Assembly: GCA_964016885.1 (NCBI GenBank)
Contig: OZ024743.1
Coordinates: 162,006,001-162,070,000 of the forward strand
DNA: 64,000 nucleotides
Source of the DNA: Eledone cirrhosa
Taxonomy: Eukaryota
Reading direction: 5' to 3'
Shown here piece after piece: positions 30,117 to 42,667 of this stretch. How positions within the stretch are numbered: the stretch's first letter is position 1; each line of letters starts with the position of its first letter. Under the pieces are notes generated by a model. That model saw only the letters and a list, made by a program, of their open reading frames with translations, searched no databases and was not told the origin of the DNA. The position numbers and the translations under genes are program-made.

Positions 30117-31230
30117 CTGAAAAAGAAAACATCAGAAACATTTGAGAGAATACATTGGATTATTACATGCAATAAAAATATTGAATGAATATATAGCAAT
30201 ACGGATGGGATACAATAGTCGTATTAGAAAGTTAAACCTTTGAATTCACCAGATTCTGTATTGATATGTATCCGAAAGAGTCAGTTCAATATAGTTAAAA
30301 AGAAAGTATAATATTGATTGCTCTTTGGGTCGGGCTTCCTCCTAGTATTAAACTTATTAGTATTCTATCACAAAAGAACCAGTGTTGGAATTAGCTTGTG
30401 GGTCACGCTCCTGGCAACATCTGTTAATTTCTTCATTCATTTTAATTCCATATCATTTCATTTCTATTGTTTTCAATAGATTTATGTGAATTTTTTTACT
30501 GCATCAAAAACTGCCCTCTCTGTTGTGTGCAACTTTATTTTTGGGGAGTGGGAATATGTTTGAGTTACAATTAATTCAATATTTTGTGATTTACTGTGCT
30601 GGTTTAGGTGTTGCTCGTGCTTGTAAACAAATAATCATATGAACATTAATGCACTGAGCCAATGTTTGTGTAACTGATTGCGTTCTTCAAAATATTCTTT
30701 GATATATGGATTAAATTTGTTGTAATTTCATATGGTTAATATTCATATAATCGTTTTCCTTAAGGTATTCTTTTAAATATTAAAAAAAAACATAATTTTA
30801 AAATATATTAATTTTTTCTTTACCATAGAATAGTGGATATGGGTTAACCAGTAAAGTCATTATGATTTATTTTTACTTTTAAAAACAATCGTGTAGGCTT
30901 CAAACATAGAAACATCACCTTGCTACTCCCAGTCCAATGCAGTCATGTTTGCATAATTAAGCGTATTCTTTACAGAACTACGTATGCTAAGCACCTCAGC
31001 AATCGAGGTGATATTGTTCCATTTACTTGATATATATTCGAATCGCTTTCGCGCATGCGTCCACGAAAAATATAAAACACTAATTTTCTGAAATCATTTA
31101 TGAGGTAACGTTTAATACAGAATGCAAAGAAAACTGGAAAATCTCTATTATTCATTTTGACATTGAATTCAGATAACGATTTATAGACACACAAATATGA
31201 CATTTTATCTACTTATTTATATATACATTT

Positions 31231-31575
31231 TACTCTCGTGTCTCGAATAATCACCCCCGCCCCCCAGTCACACTTATTAATTTTTCAGACCCCACCCCAC
31301 CCGCTTATTATATTTTGCTAATCTATCTCCGGCGAAATTTTAATTTAAGTGGTAGCATTCCTGCGACAATCAATTTTCTTTAGACATAAAAAAAACATTA
31401 CAAGCAATCTCATACGTTATAAAATAAATCGGGTGGGTTGGGGGTCTCAATACTTAAGCTAAACGACTGATTCTGGTTTTTAAAAAAAATCAAGGGAGAC
31501 TACCTAGGAAAATTATCTCCCCCCCCCCCCGCTCCGCGCATTCTAGCCACCACTATTATGTGGGACCCGAGAGCA
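31231..31575. mobile_element. MITE (Tc1/pogo-like terminal inverted repeats)
   Basis: TACTCTCGTGTCTCGAATAAT versus the reverse complement of the right end, TGCTCTCGGGTCCCACATAAT. Confidence 0.55.
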
Positions 31576-31689
31576 CATATTTATATAATTTTCTACATTT
31601 ATTCATAATTTTATATATCTTTATGTAAATAAACAGTCTAAACTAAGGGTTGTTTTTAAAATAATTCAACAATCTGTTTCCATAGATAT

Positions 31690-31890
31690 CATCGGTAGAG
31701 CGTCGGACACCATGCTTTGCAGCATAGAGTTACGCCCCTTTATGATCTGAGTTCAACTCCCGCCGAGGTTAGTTTTGCCTTTCATCCTTACGGGGTCAAT
31801 AAAATAAAGCACCAGTAATGCACCGGGGTCGATTTAATCGACTTTCCTCTACCCCCAAATTGTTGGCCTTGTGCCTATAGTAGAAATTAT
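31690..31890 (+). mobile_element. SINE family A
   Basis: ATCGGTAGAGCGTCGGAC...GAGTTCAACTCCCGCCGAGG...TGGCCTTGTGCCTA. Confidence 0.85.
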
Positions 31891-32745
31891 ATATATCCGA
31901 ATTCGATCGCTTCCAAGTAACATGACTACAAAGAACAAATAACCATTGATTCAAGATTTTCGAATTTTTCAAAACTGTTGCGCACACATCCATTAAGAAA
32001 TTGTATTATACGTGGAAAAAATTAATACTTATCATACACATCTGTAAATACAAACGTCATGAAATTATTTTTGCAATGAAATTTATGGATCTTATAAGGT
32101 GGTGAATTGGCAGAGTCGGTAGAACGTCGGATAGAATGCTTTGTGGTATTTGTTTCAGCCTTTCGTCCTTTCGAGATCGATAAAAACATATAATTCTAGT
32201 ATTGGGTTGATTCTGCCTCTATATCTCTTTCTCACTCCATTCTCTCACTCTCTATCCTTCTCTGGAAGAAATTTGCTGTGTTCAGATCTGAAGAGGAGAT
32301 GGGCTCTGTCAGGTTTCAAAAATGCCCTAGAAAACGCCGTATGTCAATATAGCGTGCCTACGACTCCATCAGGAGTTACGGGGCCATGCATATACATATG
32401 CATCTTGTAGTGCCTGCCAAAATTATTTCAGACATTTATCTTCTTATAATGTGCACTTTAAAAAGAATAAAAGCAACACAAAAACAGAGACAACAAAAAA
32501 GGTGCAACATTTGTCTGTCTAGAAACAGTGATTAAAACATGTCATACAAATGTAGTCTTCCGAAAATAAATCAAAATAATATTTCTAATGTTTGAGCTTC
32601 GTTTCATCGAAGGAAATCACCAGGAAAGTTTTCTATATTAAATTTGTTGTTTACACTCTACTAATGTATTGAGTACCTTACTTATTGTGGTTACCCCCTA
32701 TTACACTCGGGACTCACACACACACACACATGTATATATATATAT

Positions 32746-32897
32746 AGAAGTGGTTACAAAACAGTTAGTTCACCATACCGAGAACAATAGTTTCACCTTA
32801 GCGGATCCTCAGCTCATAATGCATTACAAGCTGAGGATCCGCTAAGGTGAAACAATTGTTCTCGGTATGGTGAACTAACTGTTGTGTAACCACTTCT
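32746..32897. repeat. Fold-back palindrome with a minimal HHR on each strand
   Basis: Plus: AG-CTGAGGA-TCCGCTAAGGT-GAAAC-AATT-GTT-CTC (32829-32863); minus copy at 32780-32815; related motif at 33751-33787. Confidence 0.8.
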
Positions 32898-33462
32898 ACC
32901 TAACTCGTCCCATGGACTGAGTGCTCTACCACTACGGATATTACCTTCCAGTGTTCTACCACTATATGTGTATATAGGTTGGAAGATCACTGCTGAAGAA
33001 CTAAATTTATTCATATGTAACCCATTTGCAACCACGCAGCACGCCATGTTTTCATATTTATATATATATATTCCTCCGCTGTGACCCGTCTGTTTCTTTC
33101 TTGCTGCTTTCCCTTTTTCTCTATATCTCTCACTTCCTGTTACCCCCTCTAACAGTCACTCTCTCTGTTAGCCTCTTCCTCACACTTTCACTCACTCACT
33201 CACTCTCTGCTACTCCCTCTCCTACTTCCTCCTGTTTGACCTGTGCGAAATTCTTTCCTTGCTCACATTTCGACCAGGTTTGATGGTCTTTATTCTCTCT
33301 CGTCCACGATTTCACAGAACTTTACTGTCTCGCTCGTTCCCCTTATTTACGTGTCTCAACGACACTTTTTAGCTGTTGCTCGTACCAACCGGTGGTATAT
33401 GGTCTTTAAAGCGATGAAATACCAATGAAGGTTGGAAGATCACTGATGAAGGACTAAATTTA

Positions 33463-33504
<42 letters not shown>

Positions 33505-33596
33505 AATTGTCCAGAGGAAACGAAGCTCAAACATCAGAAATATTATTTTGATTTATTCTTTTTATTGTTTCCATTTATCTTCTATTTCTAACTCTA

Positions 33597-33635
33597 TCTT
33601 CTGATGAAGGACTAGCGTCCGAAACGTTACTACTC
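33597..33635 (+). ncRNA. Minimal hammerhead ribozyme
   Basis: TCTT-CTGATGA-AGGAC tagc GTCC-GAAAC-GTT; a sister remnant at ~5779 (GTCCGAAACTTTAAGAC) supplies the AAGA helix I partner. Confidence 0.65.
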
Positions 33636-33797
33636 TCTACCTGTTATTTCAAGCGTTAAAGTAATATATTTCACCCTGGGGAAGTGACTATTTCTGCACA
33701 TGCTTATTCATACAGTTGTTTTTCCTTTTCCGTACAACCTCATTTAAACTGAGTTGATGATCCGAATAAGGTGAAACAATTGTTCTTGGTAATGGTG

Positions 33798-34262
33798 AAG
33801 TACAGAATATGATAGTGGTGGTGGTGAGTAAGTGTCCATATAAGGATGCTGTGGTGGATTTAGTGCTAACATGAAAAGTCATATTCGAAACACATAGATA
33901 CATGTAGAGAGTCTGAGGTAGTGACAGATAAAAGAAAAAGCAGTAAATTAGAAATTAATTGGGAGATACTAGTATGAGACCCAAGGACTAAGGGTGGATG
34001 GTGAAGGGGGAATTTTGACAAGTGTGTGTGTGGTAAATGTTTTGCTGATTGTCTTGTCTTAATGGGGTTGATGTGGATCTCATACTAATATCTCCCAATT
34101 AATTTCTAATTTATTGCTTTTTCTTTTATCTGTCACTACCTCAGACTCTCTACACGTATCTATGTATGTTTCGAATATGACTTTTCATGTTAGCACTAAA
34201 TCCACTATAGCATCCTTATACGGACACTTACTCACCACAACCACTAGCATATTCTGTACTTA
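33798..34262. repeat. ~185-bp inverted repeat with ~90-bp spacer
   Basis: 33798-33982 is the reverse complement of ~34076-34262. Confidence 0.85.
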
Positions 34263-34464
34263 AATGCTCTCACTTATTCTTATTTCTTTATATTTTTATT
34301 ATTTTTCCATTTTCTTACTTTTTTATTGTATCTTTTTTCTTACTTTTTAATTTTTACATCCGTAACTTCTTTACCTATTTATCATATATTTTATTATTGC
34401 TGTTAGTGTTTTGATTATACACTATTTCTCTATATATATATCATGCAATGTATGAATTATTTTT

Positions 34465-34575
34465 GTATTCTGAGGATTTGATCAGAGGTAAATAATGTAA
34501 TGGAGATCGAGTGACGCAACTTCCAGCGATTAGCGGCCTCTAGACTCACCTGATCAATGAAACAATTGTCAATAT
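34465..34575 (+). ncRNA. Type I hammerhead ribozyme with long stem II
   Basis: GTATT-CTGAGGA-TTTGATCAG...CTGATCAAT-GAAAC-AATT-GTC-AATAT. Confidence 0.75.
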
Positions 34576-34625
34576 CTGAAATAAAACCCCTTGTTGTACA
34601 GTCAACCATGTTACTCTTCATTCTT

Positions 34626-34670
<45 letters not shown>

Positions 34671-34831
34671 TAGAATTGGAGCTCTGAAATAGCAATATAT
34701 ATATGAATGTATATATAATGTATTTTGCAATACACTTTATGCTTAATTAAAAGCATTTTGAAGACCGTATGCTATTGTTTTAGAGTAGTGACAAACTCAC
34801 TTACTTTAATCTCAGCAAACAAGGGGAGATA

Positions 34832-34876
34832 AGCCGACAAGGCCTTGTTTCGCATTTATTGATGCTTATCAAGGCT
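34832..34876 (-). ncRNA. Hammerhead ribozyme, U3:A8 variant
   Basis: Reverse complement of 35247-35291. Confidence 0.8.
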
Positions 34877-35246
34877 AACTACTCCCTCCTGTCTACTGAG
34901 ATCACTGATGTTATATTCTTATAGAATTCTAGTAAATAATCAGGAACTGATTATACAGAGCGGTTGCCGGTCAGGCAGAAATTAAAAATTTGAATTGGAG
35001 CTCTGAAGTTTGTCACTACTCTAAAACAATAGCATACGGTCTTCAAAATGCTTTTAATTAAGCATAAAGTGTATTGCAAAATACATTATATTTACATCCA
35101 TATATATATTGCTATTTCAGAGCTCCAATTCTAATTTTTAATTTCTGCCTGACCGGCAACCGCTCTGTATAATCAGTTCCTGATTATTTACTAGAATTCT
35201 ATAAGAATATAACATCAGTGATCTCAGTAGACAGGAGGGAGTAGTT

Positions 35247-35291
35247 AGCCTTGATAAGCATCAATAAATGCGAAACAAGGCCTTGTCGGCT
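35247..35291 (+). ncRNA. Hammerhead ribozyme, U3:A8 variant
   Basis: AGCC-TTGATAA-GCAT caataa ATGC-GAAAC-AAGGCCTT-GTC-GGCT; helix III ACAAGGCCTTGT is a palindrome. Confidence 0.8.
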
Positions 35292-35559
35292 TATCTTCCC
35301 TTGTTTGCTGAGATTAAAGTAAGTGAGTTTGTCACTACTCTAAAACAATAGCATACGGTCTTCAAAATGCTTTTAATTAAGCATAAAGTGTATTGCAAAA
35401 TACATTATATATACATTCATATATATATATATTTCGTTTCTGAATTTGTTTAGCAAGATTCTTTATCTGAAAACGTGTGTTGAAACCGATATTGTTATAC
35501 TTTGGGAGGGTCATGTTGCCAATAAGAAACACACGCACCAGTTGCTTTCACTTTAATTT

Positions 35560-37590
35560 ATTATAATAAATTTATAAATTTAGGAATTTATAAATTTCCG
35601 GTTGGTTGGTTGGTTCCACAACCGGATAGTTGTTTATATATTGTCAAAGTTCTTTCGTCACACATTCTGTGACCTCTTCAGTGACTGGGGATTCTTTTCT
35701 TTGTTTTTGTGCCTCTCCTTTGTTCTGTCCTACGCCATTTTGTTTCTGTGTGTGTGTTGTGTGTTCAGTCTGCGCATGCGCCACATCTGGGTGTCTGTGT
35801 GTGTTTATATTCGTTTATTTATTTGTTTATTTACATGTCACAGGTTGGTTGTTTGTTCTATGTGCGTGTGTGTTTTCATTTTGTCCTTAATTGTAAGTTG
35901 TGATATTGCTGTTCCACTCATATTTTCTATTTAATTTTGGTTGTAATTCTTTTATGTTTATTGCCTATGTGATTTGTCTAAACATTGCGTCTTTTCTGTG
36001 TGTAGATTCTATTTTCATTTCTATGTTCTCTAATTTACCCTTATGTTCTATTTTAGCATGTTGGTAGAGTACAGATGATTCTTTACTATCTTGAAGGTCT
36101 CGGCAGTGTTCATTTATTCGTTCCCCTACACTACGAGCTGTCTCACCTATGTACACTATATTTTTGTCTCTACATTGTCCTTCAGTACATCTTATGCTAT
36201 ATACTACATTTCTAGTTTTACAGTTAATATGGGGGCTTAATTTACAGGTTATACATTTTTTATCTATACAGAGGGGTCTTTGAAAAGGGTATGTCTTGCT
36301 AATAAGTGTTTTTACGGAGGTAGCTGGTCTTTCTACTATCTTAATATTGAGTTTATGTTTATCTAGGGCCCTTCTAAATTTGTAAGCTAATTCACCTCTA
36401 GGGGTTGTATCGATGAACATTACACTCTGGTATTTATTGCTATCATACCATGAGTTTATTCTATTAGCCTTATTCCTAGTTCTTTCTTTTCTATTCCAAA
36501 ATTTGCTCCTATACAAGGGGCAGGTCCCATTTGTGTCATTATTTACCATTTTTTCCCATTTGGTTCTGGCTCCTCTAAACACTCTGATTTTATCTCTCTG
36601 ATTGTAACCAGAGAACTGCATACGGTGGATGAAGTGTTGTATGTGTCTATCTAGTTCTTCGGGGTTGCACATGCGGGACACGTTTCTCATCACCCGTACC
36701 AAATCCGCAATCAGTATGTTGATTTTGGTATGGTCCGAAACAGCTGAGTTTCGGTGGATCAGATATTTGGAAGTCATGGGTTTGGCATAATGGGAATGGA
36801 GGATTTGTTTTTTGTTGTTAATGGTATCTAACCAGAGCTCTGTGTCTAGTACAGGTAATCGATGGTTGGGGTGTTTGCTTGGGTAGTCTATAGTAACTCT
36901 AATACTCTGGTGGATGGAGTTAGCTCTTTGCTGGATGCTTTCCATTGTGTTTTTCTCTAATTCCTGACTGTTCTCTAGTGGGGGGGTTTTAACTACGATG
37001 TTTATATCATCAACGTAGCGGGAGTACATTATCAGGGTTATGGGGTCTTCTAATTGTTCTTTAAGTTTAAGTTTAAGTCTACTGTCCCACCATACCATGA
37101 ATAAGTTAGCTATGTCGCCTGCAATGCTAACACTAATGCTGCTCCTTCCTCTTGGGCATATGTTTTTCCATTAAATTTGAACATATGTTCCTTAAGGGTT
37201 AATTTTATGCTGGCCCCTACCGCATGTGCAATAATTTTCTTCAGTTTATCGTGGTTTTCGGGTGTCCGTATGGCTCTGGTCCACCCGTTCCATCTATCTG
37301 TGTGGGTTTTCTTGGCCATTGAGGTAAAGGTAGGTGGTCTGCCTCTTGCTGGTCTTGTAGGGCACAGGTTGCTAAGGTCATATGTGTCTAGGTAATTATT
37401 ACTATAGGTAAGTTTAAGTAGGAGTCCCAGCTCACTGGTATCAATCCCACGGAACTCAACATTGCTCTCACTGATCATTTCTACGCATTTCTCCACAGCA
37501 AAATCCACGTCAATAGATGGATACAGGGACACAACATCCATACTACCTATTATGCAGTTTGTTAGGTCCCTAGATCGGTTACTCTCGCCG
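35560..37590 (-). mobile_element. 5'-truncated Penelope-like element
   Basis: MDVVSLYPSI (RT motif A), YSRYVDDI, LPVLD, C..KKCITC..CKTRNVVYSIRC..VYIGETARSVGERINEH (GIY-YIG) in ORFs 37110-37541 and 35965-37098. Confidence 0.9.
35643..35685 (-). ncRNA. Hammerhead ribozyme in the PLE 3' pLTR
   Basis: Minus strand GTCA-CTGAAGA-GGTCAC agaatgt GTGAC-GAAAG-AA-CTT-TGAC, downstream of and co-oriented with the PLE ORF. Confidence 0.75.
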
Positions 37591-37597
37591 ATTCTAT

Positions 37598-37701
37598 ATA
37601 GGAACGAGTAGGACCCCGACGGCTGAACTCAAGCCGTTTCGACGGCGAATTAGCCGTCGAAACGGCTTGAACTCAGCCGTCGGGGTCCTACTCGTTCCTA
37701 T
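37598..37701. repeat. GC-rich fold-back palindrome centred on an HHR stem II
   Basis: Near-perfect 49-bp arms around GAATTA; right arm reads GCCGTC-GAAAC-GGCT tgaactc AGCC-GTC-GGGG, the 3' half of an HHR. Confidence 0.8.
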
Positions 37702-38309
37702 TACCCACTCTACTACCCTAAGTATTGAGTACTTTGGTGCGTTATGGTCCACCTGGTTCCTTACCACATCTCCTTCGTTATATATATATATATAATACAT
37801 AGATACATGCTTACACACGCCACATGCATATTCACAAATATGTATGAGTAGACATATGCAGAAATTTGGAAATAATAAAAGCATTTACAACTGTTCAATG
37901 AACAGCTACATCAAATATTTATAGAAGATATAATATTCAACAAAACTCTCCCCTACTCACCCGTGCATACACATCCATAAGCCAAAGTCATTTTAGCTTA
38001 AATCTAAGTAAATTCCATACGTACTTTCCACATTGTTAAACATTTTTCTTGCTGCTAAGCAAAGCCAAGGTCAGAAATATAGTTTAGTGTATAATATATA
38101 TTTATTTATTCATTTATTTTCTACATCTACCTCCCAAAAGCCATTTTAGGTTAAATCTAAGAAAATTGCATATATACATTCCCCATTATTGAAAATTTCT
38201 TCTTGCTGCCAAGCAAAACGAGGGGCAAGTCAAATTAAAATGGAGAGTATCATATTTATATATTCATTATTTAGTCATAAATTTTCATAGAAAGTGCTGA
38301 GGGAATAAA

Positions 38310-38590
38310 TTTATAGAAATATAGGATAATCAATCGCAGAAAATAACTGCAACCACAGTCAGTTGCGATAAAATAACCTATCAAAATAGGGTAAAGACCT
38401 TTAGAAACGGAAAAAGATCTGGGCAGCCGATATCTGAGAGATATGAATTTCGATTCCCCGAAGCGGCCGCCGACAACATCTTTTTCCGTCTCTTGTGGCC
38501 TTTAGCCCATCTATATAGGCTATATTATAACAACTGACTGTAATTGCAATTATTTTCTGCGTCTGAGGTTCCGACAACTTCTATAATTCC
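38310..38590. mobile_element. Degenerate palindromic MITE-like element
   Basis: CGCAGAAAATAACTGCAACCACAGTCAGTTG..GGAAAAAGAT versus ATCTTTTTCC..CAACTGACTGTAATTGCAATTATTTTCTGCG. Confidence 0.5.
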
Positions 38591-38675
38591 ATTTAGTCAA
38601 ATACGGCGTAAGCACATGTTACTACCTCATTTTCAAATTCGCTAGCCGTTTGTAAACAAAGCCTGCTTTGTGTCG

Positions 38676-38741
<66 letters not shown>

Positions 38742-39379
38742 GTTTATGTGTATGAATATGTATGTACTGCGTGCGTTTTCACGTATGCACGTGTATGTAC
38801 GTATATAGATGTGTGTATGTATATTTATAATTGTATAAATCTTAACTATTATTAATAACCCCTGTCATTTTCGTTCAACACATTTATTTACACTATTCTT
38901 AACTCCGGAGCTGAGAATCATTCGTTTCTTAAATAGAATATTAGTCTAATGACTCCATTCATACCATAAACGGGATTTTGGTTTTTTGTCTTTGCGTGAA
39001 ATTGTTCCCATCGTTCCACATAACGACGTATTATCTTCGCTTTTTTTCCCGTTCATTGCCGGGGAACGTCTTTACGAACCAAAGTATCGTCTTTCTGTTT
39101 TCCTTCGGTTGCAACGTTTTTCCAAATATTTACTTCAGCGTTCACAGATTGATTTTTTTTAATTTCAGAAGATTGCGTTAAGGGTAAAAGCAACGATTCT
39201 TTGCTTGAACTTTTATTTGTTATTTTAATAAATATTTTCTCTATGGTTTTATATATTTATATATATATTATCCTTATCGAACCCTCTTCGGATTTTAGTC
39301 TTCACATTTATTATTATTACTATTTGGCTCCTTCGGTCGAGCACTCTTTAGACTTCAAATCAACATACAGAAACAACAC

Positions 39380-40462
39380 CTGAATATTTCTACAAAGAAC
39401 ATACGCGTACCTAGCAGGAAAACGTATTTAAAACTACTTATTCAAAAAACGGATTCGTTCCTTAAAAGGTTGCATTGGCGCGCCTTTTATTTCGACCACC
39501 AGGATAAGACGGACAGTAAACAGGATAAATTTAGGTTTATAACTTATAATAACTATCCTAGTAACCTAGCTTTGTTACCTTTCGAAAACGATGTCTTAGA
39601 ACGCATACGGAGTATCAAATTTCGGAACAGGAGCAATTTCTTCCAACAGGACCTGAAGAATAGAATTCTATTAAGGATTCAAATGCCGTGCACATCCACT
39701 CCGACACAACTGGTAATCTATATCAAGTGGAGCGCAGTACATACCATTAACTGCTACACAATGCTGTAACCAAGGATTTCCGGAAAACCGATCTGAGTGT
39801 TATTAATGACATCAACGATGCTGGGTTTAAAATCACTTCAGAACTCAACATCCAGGACCGGACCTCTGGACCCTATTTCTCCCCACTTTACCCTGAAGGA
39901 TCACAAACCTAATTTCACTAACAACCCATCTATTCGGCTAATTAACCATACGAAGTCTGATTTAGGTAGACTTAGTAAAAGAATTTTAGATAGAATTATA
40001 CCCGAAATTAAAAGCTTGGCCCCGCTTGCACTGTGGAATAATTCTTTCGCAGTGATTGATTGGTTCAATGGCATATGCAACAAGGAACATTGCCGTTTTA
40101 TCCAATTTGACATCAACAACTACTACTCTTCCATCACTTTACCACTTCTTAGATCTATCAATTTCGCTAAAACGCTCAGGTGGTTAAGGATTTCGAAGTT
40201 GATGTCATCCTAAATACCCGTAAGTCGGTGATTCCTTTCGGGGACTCTATTTGGATAAAAAAATCTAATAGTACCCCATTCGACATGAGTATGGGCGCCA
40301 GCGATTCGGCGGAGGTTACAGATCTTATCGGCCTTTTCCTACTTTTCTCTATCAAAAAAGAATTCCCTAATGTAGGCGGCGGCCTGTACCGCGACGACGT
40401 TCTTTTGACCATGATCAAATGCGGTCCCTGCGCTTGCGACAGGTTTAGGAAAGAATCCACAG

Positions 40463-40465
<3 letters not shown>
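39380..40465 (+). mobile_element. Penelope-like element N-terminal/RT fragment (same clade as 21169)
   Basis: LHWRAFYF, TLKDHKPNF..IRLIN..KSDLG, FIQFDINNYYSSI, MGASDSAEVTDLIG, GLYRDD; truncated at (TA)n. Confidence 0.85.
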
Positions 40466-40527
<62 letters not shown>

Positions 40528-40576
40528 TAGATAGATATATAGATAGATAGATAGATAGATAGATATATTTCTTTAT

Positions 40577-40630
<54 letters not shown>

Positions 40631-41059
40631 TAACATATATATTTGAAAATCTGTCAGTTATATACTTTACATCTCAATAAACAAGATTGTTTTAAATCCA
40701 ATTTAGAGAAGCTTATAAATATAAATATGGAAATATCTTTGGTTAGTCTGTGCCTTATTTAAGATATTCACACACAAACACGCACACACATATCTATATA
40801 TATGGGGGTGTATATGGGTGTATGCGTGTGCATCCTTGTGTTTAAGCTATAGTTTCCTGCGAGATGTTTCCAGCGGTAACTGTACCAATAGATGTATATA
40901 AAAGTAAGCTTCAAACATCCTATAATCAGTTGCCCGAGAATTGGTTACGTGAAACTTAGCGATTCGAACACTCAGTTTTGAATAAATATTCTACGCTACC
41001 CTGTCACATTGACTACTTTATTCCGATTAATTGCATTTATACTAGCTTTTCGCACAGTC

Positions 41060-41175
41060 TTCTTGTATAAAATATGTTAACTCGAGGATACTGTAGAAGG
41101 CACATGCACAAGGTACCACGTAGTAGGATCGAACCCGTTGTGAGGCAGAATTCTTGACTAGACCGATATGACTGA
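41060..41175 (-). mobile_element. Second tRNA-derived SINE family, fragment
   Basis: Minus-strand B box GGGTTCGATCC followed by TACGTGGTACCTTGTGCATGTGCCTTCTAC. Confidence 0.5.
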
Positions 41176-41581
41176 ACATCTCTGAGAATTACGTTAAGGA
41201 TACACGAGTTTGTTAAATTCTCATTTCATGAGCAGGATGTTCAGTTGTTCCAACGCCCGGGACTCTCATTGTCGAAGCCGATGGAGGTCCATTCTATCCA
41301 TGATATATATTTACACTTAAATATACAGAGACAATACGAATTCCCTATTTTTGCCAGTGTCACATCAGATTATCATTGATAAGGGACGATCCTATAACTG
41401 TTTAACCAATTGACCGATTTACTAACTACGCAACCAGTAACAGCTCAAACTCTGAAATGTACTCAACTGATATTAAGAAAGTAATAAGAGGGAAATTCCA
41501 TGAAATAATATTTAGACTAGTTGCCACCGAAAGCTCATGAATCGTAAAGATAGAAACAGGAAAAAAATGTTCATCACTTAC

Positions 41582-41668
41582 CGTAATTAGGTTTCACTAA
41601 GGTGATATTCTCTGATGGAGAAACTTTAGGCATTCCTGTTCGAATCTTGTGGGTTGTTATTTTTCTAG
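41582..41668 (-). CDS. Candidate internal exon of a host gene (87 nt, phase 1-1)
   Basis: Acceptor TCTTCTTTTTGTTTGACAG, donor G|GTAAGT; open frame RKITTHKIRTGMPKVSPSENITLVKPNY. Confidence 0.55.
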
Positions 41669-41742
41669 CTGTCAAACAAAAAGAAGATATATGTATATGC
41701 ATGTATACTCACGCGCGCGAACACGTACACACAGGCACACAG

Positions 41743-41801
<59 letters not shown>

Positions 41802-41802
41802 A

Positions 41803-41916
<114 letters not shown>

Positions 41917-41995
41917 TATATTATATTTTGAGAATAAACTCTCAGTCGTTTACAATAATTCAGCTCCAAGAAAAGGGGCATTTCCGAGCAGTTAA

Positions 41996-42225
41996 ATACA
42001 TTAAAATATATGATAAACACAAAACGTGTTTGCATTGTAACAGACAAAGTTAGCTATTAATGAAATAAACTAATTAAAGTGAATACAATTTGTCTGTCTC
42101 GATATAAGTCAATATTGACTTATATCGAGACAGACAAATTGTATTCACTTTAATTAGTTTATTTCATTAATAGCTAACTTTGTCTGTTACAATGCAAACA
42201 CGTTTTGTGTTTATCATATATTTTA

Positions 42226-42231
<6 letters not shown>
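41996..42231. repeat. Perfect 236-bp palindrome with no spacer
   Basis: Centre at 42113/42114 (..GATATAAGTCAAT|ATTGACTTATATC..); arms match by eye. Confidence 0.9.
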
Positions 42232-42292
<61 letters not shown>

Positions 42293-42600
42293 AATCACCC
42301 AAACCAGGTCAGCAAATTACTTCTATGTGGGCACAAACGTATAAATATATCTACCACTACACATGTCTACGCATACACAAATACATATATATATATATTT
42401 ATATATATATCTATCTATCTATCTATATATACAACCCTGACCTAGTTCTCTCTCAGTTTCAGATGACAACAACCCTGACCTAGTTCTCTCTCAGTTTAAG
42501 GTAATAATTACCCTAACCTAGTCCTCTCTCAGTTTTAGATAACAACAACCGTAACCTAGTTCTCTCTCAGTTTAAAATAACAACAACCCTAACCTTAGAT

Positions 42601-42626
42601 GTAGCCACAACTACACAAGAATTTGA

Positions 42627-42667
<41 letters not shown>

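Larger units (their letters stand above)
34668..35421. mobile_element. Retrozyme-like / pLTR-derived 319-bp unit, two inverted over-length copies
   Basis: Minus copy 34668-35007 with ~20-bp terminal redundancy; plus copy 35008-35421 with ~95-bp redundancy; period 319 bp in both; (TA)n on both sides. Confidence 0.85.

Noticed and set aside
33444-33470. CTGATGAAGGAC as an HHR core
   Set aside because: No downstream stem II partner or GAAA in either direct-repeat copy
42433-42600. ~38-bp repeats with short variable gaps
   Set aside because: Tandem minisatellite at the Tx1 5' end; the variable parts are related to each other and are not spacers
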